Source: an uncultured Methanomicrobiales archaeon (lineage in GTDB: Archaea; Halobacteriota; Methanomicrobia; Methanomicrobiales; Methanospirillaceae). Taken from it: 64,000 bases of DNA. Positions 44,251 to 54,891 of the stretch are shown piece after piece (within the stretch, counting starts at the first letter, position 1; the number at the start of each line of letters is the position of its first letter). Under the pieces are notes generated by a model that had not been told where the DNA came from, did not search any database, and saw only the letters and a program-made list of their open reading frames with translations. The position numbers were made by a program, and so were the translations under genes. The DNA lies in the NCBI GenBank assembly GCA_963758915.1, contig CAVWXH010000002.1:32001-96000 (forward strand). The letters run 5' to 3'.

Positions 44251-45474
44251 TCACACAGGAATGGTCTGTTCATATTCCGGCTTTTCATGCACGGTAATTT
44301 CACCATTCAGGGCGGTGACTACCTTTATCCGTTCAATCGCCTGCGCAATCAGCAGGTCAAAATCAATCCGCTCTTCTGCAGCGATCACCTCTGCAAGGTT
44401 CGCCGCGGTGGAGGGCATCGCAGGGACTGCCCTGCAGCAGAGGTCCCCGGGCTTCTGGTTAAATGTCCCAATCCGGCGGGCAATTGTGACAATCTCTCCT
44501 TTATCAAAGGTCACGAGCGGCCTGATAACGGGGACGCTCACTGCCGACGAGATGACCGCGAGGTTGGAAAGGGTCTGCGAAGCGACCTGGCCCAGGTTTT
44601 CTCCGGTAACAATCACCTCTGCGTTCTCCCGGTGCATGAGTTTTGCAGCAACCCGGAACATGAACCTCTTACAGATGACACAGATATACCGCTGCGGCAC
44701 CCCTTTGGACATCGCGTCGTAGAGCGGGGATGAGTCCACGACCAGCATCCGGAGCGGGTAGCCCTTCACCCATAGCGAAAGGCGCCGGTGATTTTCAACG
44801 GCCCCTTCAGCAGTCGCACAGCCTGCCCATCTTCCCGCGTCCATATTGAGGTGCACCATGCCACACCCACGTTTCATCATCATCCAGGACGCAACGGGAG
44901 AATCAATCCCGGCCGAAATCAGGCCCAGTGCAGTTCCCTGCGTACCAAACGGGAGGCCTCCGGGTGCGGGGATCCGGTGGTCGTAGACGAACCCCCCGTT
45001 TACACGTGCTTCGATAAAGACCTCGTATTCGGGGTGCGAAAGGTCAACCCGTGCCCCGGGCTGATCGTCGAGCAGCACCCCCCCGATGACCCTCCCGAGC
45101 TCCTGGCTGTCAGGGCCCCCTGACCCTTTCTCCCGTTTCGCCCTGACTGCAAACCTCATTCCCGCCTTTAAGTGTTTCTGCCCGAGAGTCCTTGCCACCC
45201 TGCCAAGTTCTTCCGGGGTGTTATTGGTGATAGTGGCGACGCTGACATCAACCACCCCGAATACCCTTGTCACCTCGGCGGCAATCTTACGCGGGTGATC
45301 TCCGTAGATGAGTATTCTCCCCCGGGGGGTCTCGTGCCGGAAGGACAGCCCGGCAGCGTCAAGTGTCCGTTTAATGTTCCTGATAAGCAGACCGATGAAA
45401 TGTCGTTTGACCGGCTCACTTTTCAGGAAGAGTTCGCCGTACCGGACCATTACCACCGTCTGTTCTTCCACCAT
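44251..45474 (-). CDS. thiI: tRNA 4-thiouridine synthase ThiI (no rhodanese domain)
   Basis: VRYGELFLKS, THUMP region, GGLP.GTQG, LISAGIDSPVA PP-loop, CVICKR, GENLGQVASQT. Confidence 0.93.
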   Translation of the reverse strand: MVEEQTVVMVRYGELFLKSEPVKRHFIGLLIRNIKRTLDAAGLSFRHETPRGRILIYGDHPRKIAAEVTRVFGVVDVSVATITNNTPEELGRVARTLGQKHLKAGMRFAVRAKREKGSGGPDSQELGRVIGGVLLDDQPGARVDLSHPEYEVFIEARVNGGFVYDHRIPAPGGLPFGTQGTALGLISAGIDSPVASWMMMKRGCGMVHLNMDAGRWAGCATAEGAVENHRRLSLWVKGYPLRMLVVDSSPLYDAMSKGVPQRYICVICKRFMFRVAAKLMHRENAEVIVTGENLGQVASQTLSNLAVISSAVSVPVIRPLVTFDKGEIVTIARRIGTFNQKPGDLCCRAVPAMPSTAANLAEVIAAEERIDFDLLIAQAIERIKVVTALNGEITVHEKPEYEQTIPV

Positions 45475-45580
45475 TTCCACAGTTCCCGGCCAGGGATCCA
45501 CTAATCCTTGGTCTTTGGGGATTGTATGTAACTTATCTGCCTTGTAAGTTTGTCCCGGAAAAATAACGGTATTTTTTCCT

Positions 45581-45745
45581 GGCTTCGTTAAAACCCTTCG
45601 TGGCATAAAAAACACGTATGAGGACTGCGGTCAGAGGTCTTACGTATGAACAATTATGAATGGAACTACTCAGGCTGGAGGGGTTTTCATCCCAACACTG
45701 TCCGCCCCTGTAAAGATACCCGTTTGGTACAGGATTTCCTGAAGA
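45581..45745 (+). repeat. Degenerate MITE family copy
   Basis: GGCTTCGTTAAAACCC left TIR; GGAGGGGTTTTCATCCC...CCGCCCC..TAAAGATA core segment. Confidence 0.55.
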
Positions 45746-46007
45746 CCTAAATTTTAGCCTCTTCGCTGTTTTGAGTGGGTAAATAAACTGAATATGATAT
45801 CCATAAATGAAATCAAAAGGCAATTAAACATTAGAATAGGGAAATAGCCTTTAAAATTGGAAATACTATGGGCAATCGCGTCAACACATACTGAACCGCC
45901 GCCGGGGCGTCCTTTGGGGGCGGCTGTTACTCTGATCCCACCTGCTACCGGCGAATATCTTTTTAAAAACAGAATACCCAGTAAAAAATTACCATGAACG
46001 GAGTATC

Positions 46008-46967
46008 ATGATCACCCAGGTCCATTTCATCCTGACGTACATGTGTACACTCTCGTGCGAACACTGCTTTGTATGCAGTAGTCCGGACGCAGAGGGCACT
46101 TTTTCCCCAGGTCAGATTAACCAGGTGCTGGACCAGGCAAAGGATACCGGTACCGTCGATACGGTTTACTTCGAGGGTGGGGAACCATTCCTGTTCTACC
46201 CGCTCCTCATCGAAAGCATCCGGCAGGCACGCCAGCGGAAGTTCTCTGTCGGGGTCGTGACCAACGGGTTCTTTGCAACTTCTGAAGAGAATGCCCGGCT
46301 CTTCCTGGAGCCTCTTGCCGTTCTCGGGATCACGGACCTGAGCATCAGCGATGACATATTTCATTACGGGGACCGATGTGACAACCCGGCCCGGCGTGCA
46401 TTCAGGATTGCACAGGAAATGGGGTTACCGGCATCAGTCCTGTCACTTGATCCCGGTGCATCGGGGCCGGACACTCCCGGGTCTTCGCGGGAAGAAAAGA
46501 CCGGGATTGTCGAAGGGGGCGGGGTCATGTTCCGGGGCCGTGCTGCTGAAAAACTGAGCACGTATGCTGTTTGCAGGGACTGGCAGCAGTTCACCCGCTG
46601 CCCCTACGAAGATCTCTCAAACCCGGACCGGCTCCACGTGGATGCGATGGGGACGCTCCAGATATGCCAGGGGATCTCAATTGGAAACATCTGGGAACAG
46701 CCAATCAAAGAGCTGGTACGCCGGTATGACCCGGCCTCACATCCCGTCTGCGGACCACTGGTCATGGGTGGCCCGGCAGAACTGTCCCGCGCCCTTGGCT
46801 GTGTTCCCCCCGCAAAGGTCGCGGATGCCTGCCATCTCTGTTATCTTGTACGAAAGGAGAAACGGCAGAGCAACCAGACGTTCCTCACTCCCCCGCAGGT
46901 TTATTGTGAAGATTGCGGGGTACCGGTACCCGGTTTCACCGTTCCTGCCCAGGTCCGTAAACTGTAA
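46008..46967 (+). CDS. Radical SAM protein
   Basis: CTLSCEHC (CxxxCxxC), FEGGEPFL, VTNG, ISDD.FH, C-terminal CP...CQG...CHLCY. Confidence 0.88.
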   Translation: MITQVHFILTYMCTLSCEHCFVCSSPDAEGTFSPGQINQVLDQAKDTGTVDTVYFEGGEPFLFYPLLIESIRQARQRKFSVGVVTNGFFATSEENARLFLEPLAVLGITDLSISDDIFHYGDRCDNPARRAFRIAQEMGLPASVLSLDPGASGPDTPGSSREEKTGIVEGGGVMFRGRAAEKLSTYAVCRDWQQFTRCPYEDLSNPDRLHVDAMGTLQICQGISIGNIWEQPIKELVRRYDPASHPVCGPLVMGGPAELSRALGCVPPAKVADACHLCYLVRKEKRQSNQTFLTPPQVYCEDCGVPVPGFTVPAQVRKL

Positions 46968-47308
46968 AACACGTGGGCTACCCTTTACAGAGTTACATCT
47001 CTGGGGAATTATTTTCCAGGTTTTTGGCACCCAAAACGAGGTGATACAGGGAGAGGCTGCAGGACAGGCCTGAGCAGACAAGTACGAAATGCCGCGGTCT
47101 GAATTCAGGGTGTAAACTTCACGTTCAGGCGTGGTTATGCAGATCCTTTTTACGATACTTACCACGGGTTTGCCTTTGCCCCTCCTATTCATATCCCTGG
47201 CCCGTGGATTTTGAGGTCACCGGGATCCCGGAAATCCCGCCCAGTCTGGCGGGTTTTATCAGCACTATACAGAAAATTCTTTAATTGGCGAGAATTAAGT
47301 TGTACAGA

Positions 47309-47941
47309 ATGGCAAAAAAAGCAAAATCGGCGGCTGCACCGGAGCCGATGAAACTGTTCTATATATTTTATAACCAGGAACGCTGGGATAACTGGCTGAA
47401 CCGCCTGAGAGAATCTGATTTTGAGGTGGCTGAAGATGCCGAGGAGATGCCGGAGGGGTTCCGGGCGCTCTATAATTTCGGCCAGGATATCACCGTATCA
47501 GTTCTTAAAATCATTAAGCTCTACCAAAATGGCCGGTTCCCAAAGGAAGAGACCCTTGAGAGACTCGCCCAGGTGGAATCGGTCATAATGTCAGCGGCGC
47601 CTGAGGACGAGATTGAAGAGATCGTCGAGTCACTCCAGCTCTCCATGCTTGCCCTTTTCGCCTCATGCCGGATGTTTATCGAGGGTGGCTACCCGACAGA
47701 TATCAAGGTCCTCGTCAAGGAAGGACGAAAGATGATCGACGAGGACATGGAGAAAGCCCTCGGGATTGCAGCAAATATTGGTGCCAACGTTATTAACGGG
47801 GCTGCCTGCTGCGGGAAGTATGTCAAGGATGACATCGAGCAGCCGACACTGTTCGACGAATGGTTAATAGAGATCGAGACGATGAACGAGGCGATGACCA
47901 CCCTGAAGAACTTTGACGAGGATACCGGGGAAGAGAGTTGA
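47309..47941 (+). CDS. DUF2150 family protein
   Basis: FYNQERWDNW motif; acidic methanogen protein. Confidence 0.75.
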   Translation: MAKKAKSAAAPEPMKLFYIFYNQERWDNWLNRLRESDFEVAEDAEEMPEGFRALYNFGQDITVSVLKIIKLYQNGRFPKEETLERLAQVESVIMSAAPEDEIEEIVESLQLSMLALFASCRMFIEGGYPTDIKVLVKEGRKMIDEDMEKALGIAANIGANVINGAACCGKYVKDDIEQPTLFDEWLIEIETMNEAMTTLKNFDEDTGEES

Positions 47942-48390
47942 TTGCGGAAAAGGCACGGTTCAGAAGTGCAAAAAAGATCGAACGCCTTGTGGGATACCGG
48001 CTGCCGATGTCTGCGTTTCATGGCACGACCCTTGAAGCGATCTCGGGCCGTTTAAATTTTGATTACCTTGACCCGGCTGTCAGGGACCAGCTCCTCTCAT
48101 TTTTCGACGATTTTCTCAAGTGTGACTGCAAAGAGTCCCCGCTCTGTGACTGCCCTGCAAAAAAATTTGCGACCCTTGTTATCGAGCTCCGCGAGAGGGG
48201 CCTCGAGCACCGGCAGATAAGCAGTTATTTACTCGATGAATACGGAATCGAGATGTACCCGACAGACCTCCTCTCGTTCCTTGAGGATTCGGTCCATGTG
48301 CTGGAAGCTATCCGCGATATTGCGGGCCTCGACAAGCGGGTGGAACTTGAGAAGAAGGCAGACGAGCACATCGCCCTGATTTCCCGTTAA
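47938..48390 (+). CDS. DUF5814 domain protein
   Basis: DFLKCDCKESPLCDCP...LRE.GL...QI...YGI..YP.DLL.FLE; overlaps the upstream stop. Confidence 0.7.
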   Translation: MIAEKARFRSAKKIERLVGYRLPMSAFHGTTLEAISGRLNFDYLDPAVRDQLLSFFDDFLKCDCKESPLCDCPAKKFATLVIELRERGLEHRQISSYLLDEYGIEMYPTDLLSFLEDSVHVLEAIRDIAGLDKRVELEKKADEHIALISR

Positions 48391-48580
48391 CCCGTTTAAC
48401 CGGTTACCCTCTCCTGTAATTCGTAGTGTTCGCAAACGGTCCGGCGGGGTGTTTTGCGACGGTAATTACCCGGCAGGGTGTCAGGGTCCCGGCAATCTGC
48501 CTGTTTTGTCTGCCACCGGCGCCGGAAACGATCAGCTCATCACCCTTGCAGCAGATATGGACTGAGGAGTACCGGGTACC

Positions 48581-48922
48581 ATGGCACGTGAACTTGATGA
48601 GAGGGATATTAAGATCCTGCGTATCCTTGCGCCGGAATGCGAAGAGATGATATGTTCAGGTTCGGGGGTTGAATTCCGCTCTATCCTGCCGCCTGTGGCG
48701 AATCACTATTCCAGGGATGAAGAGGATTTCAAACACCGCCTGATGAGGCTCACCGATGGTGACTTGTCATACCTGGTTGAAAAAATGAGGACTGGTGAGG
48801 AAAGTGTTGCGTGCGTACCACCGGAATATGCTGACATCCTGATTGGAGAGATCATGTCCCGTGCAGGGAAAGACGTCGCCGATGAAGTCCTCAACATCTA
48901 TGAGACTGCTGATGAATGTTAG
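48581..48922 (+). CDS. Conserved hypothetical acidic protein
   Basis: LAPEC...SG.EFRSILPPVANH...DL.YL...GEES.AC pattern; overlaps the downstream ORF. Confidence 0.7.
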   Translation: MARELDERDIKILRILAPECEEMICSGSGVEFRSILPPVANHYSRDEEDFKHRLMRLTDGDLSYLVEKMRTGEESVACVPPEYADILIGEIMSRAGKDVADEVLNIYETADEC

Positions 48923-51498
48923 CATTGAACGGAGATAAGGACGAAAACCCGTCCCCCGTAACGAGCCGGATCAGGGAGGTCCTCGCACGGAATATTACTG
49001 CCCGGAACCACGGGCTTTCGCCCCACGGGTTCGCCGAAGCAGTCACAACCCTTCTTTCCTCCCTCATTGCTGCGAACCTTCTTGAAGAGGCGGGCGTTTT
49101 TCGTTATGGCTCGGTTGAAGAGGAGACCCGGTTACGAGGTCTTGCCGGAGGACTGTCGTCCCTTTTTGAGGATAATACCCCGGGAAAAGACGGGGGCGTC
49201 CCACCCGGGCTGAATGGGACTGATGCCCGGGCCTGGCCGTACGTTTCAGCCTGCAGGACTCTCTCTGTTGACCCGTTAGTTACCAGCCGGGTGGTCTCGT
49301 TAACGAAACAAAAAAAATTCTACGATGAATGGGCTGATGCATGGTCTGATTCACATGAACGCTCCCTGATCGCATTCCTTCAGTATTCAGCATACCTGTC
49401 CCACGACGGCCGGATGGCCATCAGGGAACAATACCCGTGTCATGCCGGGCCCGGGGCCCTCCTGCTCCCTGCCGGGTTACTACAAGAGACCGCCAGGGAC
49501 CTGCTCCTTCCACGGCTGGCAGGAAAAACTCCTAAAAACGCCGGAATAAGGCTTCTTGATCCGGCCTGCAGGACCGGCCGTATCCTTCTGGCAATGTACC
49601 AGGTCCTAGCCGGCTGGCACCTTTCATGGTATACAAAACACCTCGTCCCGCTTCTCGCAGAAGGCCGTGACCCGGCTTCCAGGAAGGTGCAGGGGCTGCT
49701 GCCGGTCGTTGCCACCACCGGTAACCGTGCCGGATACCAGCGGTTCGGCACGCTTCCCCTTCCGGTCTACCAGCTGCCTGACAGCCGGTGGGACCTTACA
49801 TTCGATGAAAAAGTCCGTATCCTCGGGGACTCGGTGTATGGTATTGACAACGATCCGGCAGCAGTTGAAGTCACCCGGCTGTCCCTCCTCTCATATCTTC
49901 TGCAATCAACGGGACGCAACGGTTCAGAATGTGCCCCTGAACGTCTTTTAAGGGTTATACTATCACGAAATATCCGGTCCGGGAATATCCTGATCGGTAA
50001 GGACTACGAGGAACAACTATCATTGTCATCCTGTTCCGGGGTGAACCCCCCTGCCCCGGGTATTTTCATCGGCGATGTATTTCCGGAGGTGGCATCAGAT
50101 GGCGGGTTCGGGGTGGTTTTTTCCATGTTCCCTTCCCTTCTTCCGTTTTCCGGGATAGACCTGAAGGACTACCTCCACCGTCATTACCGTCCAGGTAAAC
50201 CGGATGACGCCACCCCGTATTACCTTGAGTCCGGGCTTTTATTAACACGGCCCGGCGGGGTGCTCTGCGGGATTGTTACCGGTAGCTGGCAACGTTCCCG
50301 GGAGGCTGCCCATTTTCGCGGGTGGCTTGCCAGTTACCAGCTGGAACATGTCATCGGCCTTGGGGACCTACCCGTCTTTGCTGGCATGCGCGACCCCGTG
50401 CTTATTACCATCACCAACCGTCCCCCTGATCACCCTGTGCGTGTGACAGATGCGGTACAACCTGGTAAAGATAGCCTCGGGAGCATTTCTTTTCGTACAA
50501 TCCGGACCATTGATCCAAGATCCCTTGGCAGCAGTCCGTGGATGTTCAACGGTGTGCCTCCCGCTGAAATAAGAAAGAAGATAGATTCCGCCGGCACACC
50601 CCTTGCACGCTATATCCTCGGGGAATACATGCTCGGGGAAACAGGCAATACCGCGGGTTTTGTCATCAGCAGGCACGAATATGAAAGTATCCTTCGAAAA
50701 GACCCTGTTGCAGGGACTTTCATCCGTCCGTTTATTCCACCCGGGGTGATCCGGCGGTACAGCCCGCCGGGGTATTCGTGGTATATTGTCCGGATTCCAC
50801 CCGGGACGACCCGTTCATTGGCCGGGGATGTCCCTGACCTCGGGGAATGGTTTTATAACCATCACCATACCCTGGCGGTAATTCTTTGGAAGAACCACTT
50901 AAAGCTGCCAGAAACCAGCCCTGAAGATTGTTGCTGGTGGGAATGGCAAGGGCCAGCCACGCCGCCGTTCATGGAAGCGCCCGTCCTTCTTACCCGGGCA
51001 GCCGGGGTATCAGGCGGCCCCGAATGGATGACCGTCTCCTGCGGGGTTTATCCCGGTGCCGGGGTGCTTGCGATCCCGTGTAATGACCCTGCATTACCGG
51101 GAATTCTGAATTCCCGCCTTGCAACCTTCTATGTCCTTTCATCGGCCCGGAAAAAAGGGATGCCGGGATACCTCCTCCGGCACCTCATGAGATTCCCCCT
51201 GCCCGTCCCTGAAACCGAGGAGTTTTCCGGGAACAAACTTTTCGATACTATAGCCCGCCTCGTGGAGAGGCGACACGCGCTCGGTAAAGCAGGTGATAAT
51301 GCAGTTTCAACCCGGGAAGTCACAGCGATCCGGGAACGGGTACAGGGATGTGATAAAGAGATTGATACCCTTGTGTATGAACTGTACGGCCTGTCTGCTG
51401 GTGAGATCGGGAGTATCGAGGACTGGTTGTCGCGTGAAAATGAACCCGTCGCTACACAAAGCCCACCTGAAACACCAGATTATTCAAACCCGGGTTGA
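48916..51498 (+). CDS. Degenerate Type IIG/Eco57I-like DNA methyltransferase homolog (likely inactive)
   Basis: LLDPACRTG (for DPACGSG), VYGIDNDPAAVEVTRLSL, NIRSGNILIG, GGFGVVFSMFPS (for GGFDAVIGNPPY), GDLPVF, GILNSRL, DKEIDTLVYELYGLS..EI. Confidence 0.75.
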   Translation: MLALNGDKDENPSPVTSRIREVLARNITARNHGLSPHGFAEAVTTLLSSLIAANLLEEAGVFRYGSVEEETRLRGLAGGLSSLFEDNTPGKDGGVPPGLNGTDARAWPYVSACRTLSVDPLVTSRVVSLTKQKKFYDEWADAWSDSHERSLIAFLQYSAYLSHDGRMAIREQYPCHAGPGALLLPAGLLQETARDLLLPRLAGKTPKNAGIRLLDPACRTGRILLAMYQVLAGWHLSWYTKHLVPLLAEGRDPASRKVQGLLPVVATTGNRAGYQRFGTLPLPVYQLPDSRWDLTFDEKVRILGDSVYGIDNDPAAVEVTRLSLLSYLLQSTGRNGSECAPERLLRVILSRNIRSGNILIGKDYEEQLSLSSCSGVNPPAPGIFIGDVFPEVASDGGFGVVFSMFPSLLPFSGIDLKDYLHRHYRPGKPDDATPYYLESGLLLTRPGGVLCGIVTGSWQRSREAAHFRGWLASYQLEHVIGLGDLPVFAGMRDPVLITITNRPPDHPVRVTDAVQPGKDSLGSISFRTIRTIDPRSLGSSPWMFNGVPPAEIRKKIDSAGTPLARYILGEYMLGETGNTAGFVISRHEYESILRKDPVAGTFIRPFIPPGVIRRYSPPGYSWYIVRIPPGTTRSLAGDVPDLGEWFYNHHHTLAVILWKNHLKLPETSPEDCCWWEWQGPATPPFMEAPVLLTRAAGVSGGPEWMTVSCGVYPGAGVLAIPCNDPALPGILNSRLATFYVLSSARKKGMPGYLLRHLMRFPLPVPETEEFSGNKLFDTIARLVERRHALGKAGDNAVSTREVTAIRERVQGCDKEIDTLVYELYGLSAGEIGSIEDWLSRENEPVATQSPPETPDYSNPG

Positions 51499-51674
51499 AG
51501 ATTCCTGTGATTTTTATTCTGGTATGCCCGGGTCAGACACGGTGGCTGACTGTCAATTCAACAGGTTTTTTTGCAGTGGATTCATTCACCTATACAAGTA
51601 CAGTACCTGACGAGTCCATACATTACAGGCCCCAGGTACCTGTAAGAATACATAATAAACCGGGATATTCCTCT

Positions 51675-52868
51675 ATGATCTCTGTCCTTCTCGTCGAAGA
51701 TGACCATAACCTGCTTGGGATAACGAGGGATTACCTTTCAAAGAAGGGTACGATCTCGGTCCATACCGCGACATCCGCGGGGGCGGCCATCGAACTGTTA
51801 AGGACGAGAAATTACGATGCAATTGTCTCTGATTACCAGATGCCTGATATGGACGGGATAGAATTCCTCAAGTACCTCCGCGCATCAGGAAATGATATCC
51901 CGTTTATCATATTTACCGGTCGTTCACGTGAGCAGGTAGTAATCGAGGCGTTGAACAACGGGGCTGATTTTTACCTCCAGAAAGGCGATGAGCCGAAGAC
52001 ACAATTTGTCGAACTTGAGAATATGATCATCCAGGCGACGGCCCGGAAGAGGGCCGAAAACTCTCTGCGGGAGTCGATCAGGAGACTATCCGATATCATC
52101 AGTTTCCTTCCCGACGCGACGCTGGCAGTTGACCGGGGTGGTAACCTGGTCGCCTGGAACAGGGCGATGGAGGAGCTGACCGGTGTCCCTGCACACCAGA
52201 TGCTCGGGCGGAATGAACCTGACTATACCCTTGCTTTTTATGGGAAGCGGCGTCCACTCCTGATTGACCTTATTTTTGCCAGCGATGAAGAGGTCATGAA
52301 CTGCGGCTATACCGGGGTGAAAAGAAAAGGAAATGCGTTGATTGCTGAATGCACGGCAACCCTGCCGTCCGGCAAGAAAACCCTGTGGGGGATTGCCACC
52401 CCGCTGTATGATGAACAGGGGACCATCGCCGGAGCAATTGAATCAATACGGGATATCAGCGGTGTAAGGGATGCAGAATATGCCCGCCAGCAGAGCGAAA
52501 TTAAATTCAGGGGGATCTTCGAGCATTCCCCGGTAGCAATAGCACTCTTCGATGAAAGGGGATGGCTGATGGAAGTAAACCAACCCTGCAAAGCGATCGG
52601 CTTCCCGGGTACCGGGAGGGACCGGTATAACCTGTTCAGCAGCAATATTCTCCCTGCCGGGAGACGGGAGGCGTTATCGAGGGGTGAAGCGGTAAGATTT
52701 GAGATCGCAGACCGGCGGGATATTTGTTTCCCGCTACAACCCTCCTGCCATCTTGATGTGCTTATCACTCCCCTCTTTTCCCCCTGCAACGAGTTTTCAT
52801 CGGGGTATATTATGCAGCTTCGGGATATCCCTGACTATTCACAAAAAGACCTCCTGATTGCCACCTAA
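51675..52868 (+). CDS. Response regulator with PAS domains
   Basis: VLLVEDD, SDYQMPDMDG, FYLQKG, DIISFLPDAT...AWNRAMEE...GAIESIRDI; paralogous to the N-terminus of the 40152 kinase. Confidence 0.88.
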   Translation: MISVLLVEDDHNLLGITRDYLSKKGTISVHTATSAGAAIELLRTRNYDAIVSDYQMPDMDGIEFLKYLRASGNDIPFIIFTGRSREQVVIEALNNGADFYLQKGDEPKTQFVELENMIIQATARKRAENSLRESIRRLSDIISFLPDATLAVDRGGNLVAWNRAMEELTGVPAHQMLGRNEPDYTLAFYGKRRPLLIDLIFASDEEVMNCGYTGVKRKGNALIAECTATLPSGKKTLWGIATPLYDEQGTIAGAIESIRDISGVRDAEYARQQSEIKFRGIFEHSPVAIALFDERGWLMEVNQPCKAIGFPGTGRDRYNLFSSNILPAGRREALSRGEAVRFEIADRRDICFPLQPSCHLDVLITPLFSPCNEFSSGYIMQLRDIPDYSQKDLLIAT

Positions 52869-53033
52869 CGTGACGGCCAGCGAAAAATGATACCTGCAGG
52901 TCGCAGCACAAGGTCCGGTTTCCTGCTAATGGTCCTGTGTAATCCAGCTGTGCGTGATCAGAATCGAAACGTAACATATATCAGCTCAACACCACAGGTT
53001 ACACATAGTCAGGGATTGGCACAAGGGGGGTCA

Positions 53034-53336
53034 ATGACTATACTTAATCTTTCATCGGCACTACGTGAGAAACAGCTGAAGCTTGCTACCGGTTATTGCT
53101 GCGAATCGTGCGGCAGTGTTGTTCCGCATTCCATGCTTGAACTCCATCCTATCCCGTCGGACACTGAAACAAAATCCTTTACGGGTGCATCGGATATACT
53201 GGTGCTTTGCACGCTCTGCCACACCCGCCTCCATGATGCGGTCATTCCCCATGAACTTCAGCGCTCTGCGATAAGGATTCGCCCGCCGGACGTGATGGAT
53301 AACATTAACGTCATCCTTTCCAGGCCCTTCACATAA
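53034..53336 (+). CDS. HNH-like Zn-binding small protein
   Basis: CESCG...LELH.I...ILVLCTLCH..LH. Confidence 0.55.
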   Translation: MTILNLSSALREKQLKLATGYCCESCGSVVPHSMLELHPIPSDTETKSFTGASDILVLCTLCHTRLHDAVIPHELQRSAIRIRPPDVMDNINVILSRPFT

Positions 53337-53540
53337 TATACACCGGTAGCCCCTGCCGGGTCAGGATAGCCGCATACTTTTGTAGTACCAGACCCGCTGA
53401 CCCCCGGTTTAATGGGTTATGAAGGGGAACTAATTTTGGATTACTCACCTCCCGGGGACATACAGGCCCCCCCTCAAAACTGGCGAAAATGGCCCGGTGT
53501 CTCGTGTGAGCCCCATGAAATAATCCCCGGCTGAACTATC

Positions 53541-54643
53541 ATGGAACTTTCGAAACCCATAACCGGACCCGCACAGCGGATCATCCTCCATGTAGATATG
53601 GACGCTTTTTTTGCCGCTGTCGAGATGCGGGAACACCCGGAAATCAGGGGATGTCCAGTCATAGTCGGTGCGGACCCGAAAGATGGGAAAGGCCGTGGTG
53701 TAGTCAGCACAGCGTCCTACGAGGCACGGATATTCGGTGTGCATTCTGCGATGCCAATCTCGAAGGCCTTTGAGCGTCTGTCCCGGGGGCGTATTTGTGC
53801 GCCCCCATTTTGACCTGTATGTCCAGGCATCCAGGGATGTGATGGAGATCGCAAAGAGCGCCGCCGAACGGTTTGAGCAGGTTAGTATCGACGAGGCATA
53901 CCTCGATATCTCCATGACCCGGGACTATACGTCCGCCCGTGCAACAGCAGTTGCCCTGAAAGAGGCTATCAGGAATAAAACAGGGCTTACCTGCTCGATC
54001 GGGGTTGCCCCCTCAAAGGTCGTGGCCAAAATTGCATCAGATTACCGGAAACCTGACGGGCTCACCGTGGTGGAGCCAGGATGTGTGAGCGGTTTCCTCT
54101 CGCCGCTTCCTGTCGGCAAGATCCCCGGGGTCGGCAGGAAGAGCCGCGGGACGCTGCACCAGCTGGGGGTCCGCACGATTGGTGATCTCTCCCGTATCGA
54201 TGTCCAGGAATTAATCGCACTCTTCGGGAAGTGGGGAGCGGTGATCCATGACCTTTCATTGGGAACTGATGACCGTGAGGTAAGGCAGGAAGAGGGATAC
54301 AAATCGATATCACGCGAGATTACCTTTGAGAATGACACCGATGAGAAAACAGGTACTGGTACAGACGCTCGACGACATGGCACTGGAGCTCCATGCGGTC
54401 CTGGTCAACGAGCACCTCCGGTTCCGGACAGTTACGGTGAAGGTACGAGACGAGCATTTTCTGACCCGTACCCGGTCAAGAACATTTGAGCGGTACAGTG
54501 ATGATCCCGGCCTGATAAGAACAACTTCACACGGACTTCTTCCCGGGTTTCCGGAAGGCCGGAAAATCCGGCTGATTGGACTCAGGTTGTCAGGATTTGA
54601 GCCGAGAGGGGGTCGCCAGTCGACAATTTCGGAATTTACCTGA
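53541..54643 (+). CDS. dinB: DNA polymerase IV DinB (two frameshifts, near 53775 and 54345)
   Basis: [64 protein letters not shown]. Confidence 0.93.
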
Positions 54644-54658
54644 TATTATTGCCTTTTG

Positions 54659-54885
54659 ATCTCTGGTGAAACCCTGTTACTTACATAAAAGCGATCTGTT
54701 GCCATCCTTGGTGTGTTATTGTAGAAGGAGGAATATGCGGACAGGAAGGGGCTTTCACCCCCTTCCTACCCCACCCCAGTAAGATATCTTTTGGGCAGTG
54801 TTTCTATAATGCTCATCATTCCACAGTAGTTGGAACAGGTCTCTATCCCAATCGGCGTCGCTAACGTGGTGGGTCTGCACGCGGC
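54659..54885 (+). mobile_element. MITE family copy, right end missing next to dapB
   Basis: CTCTGGTGAAACCC left end; AGGAAGGGGCTTTCACCCCCTTCCT...TAAGATATC...CTCTATCCCAATCGGCGTCGCTAACGTGGTGGG core. Confidence 0.75.
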
Positions 54886-54891
54886 CACGTT

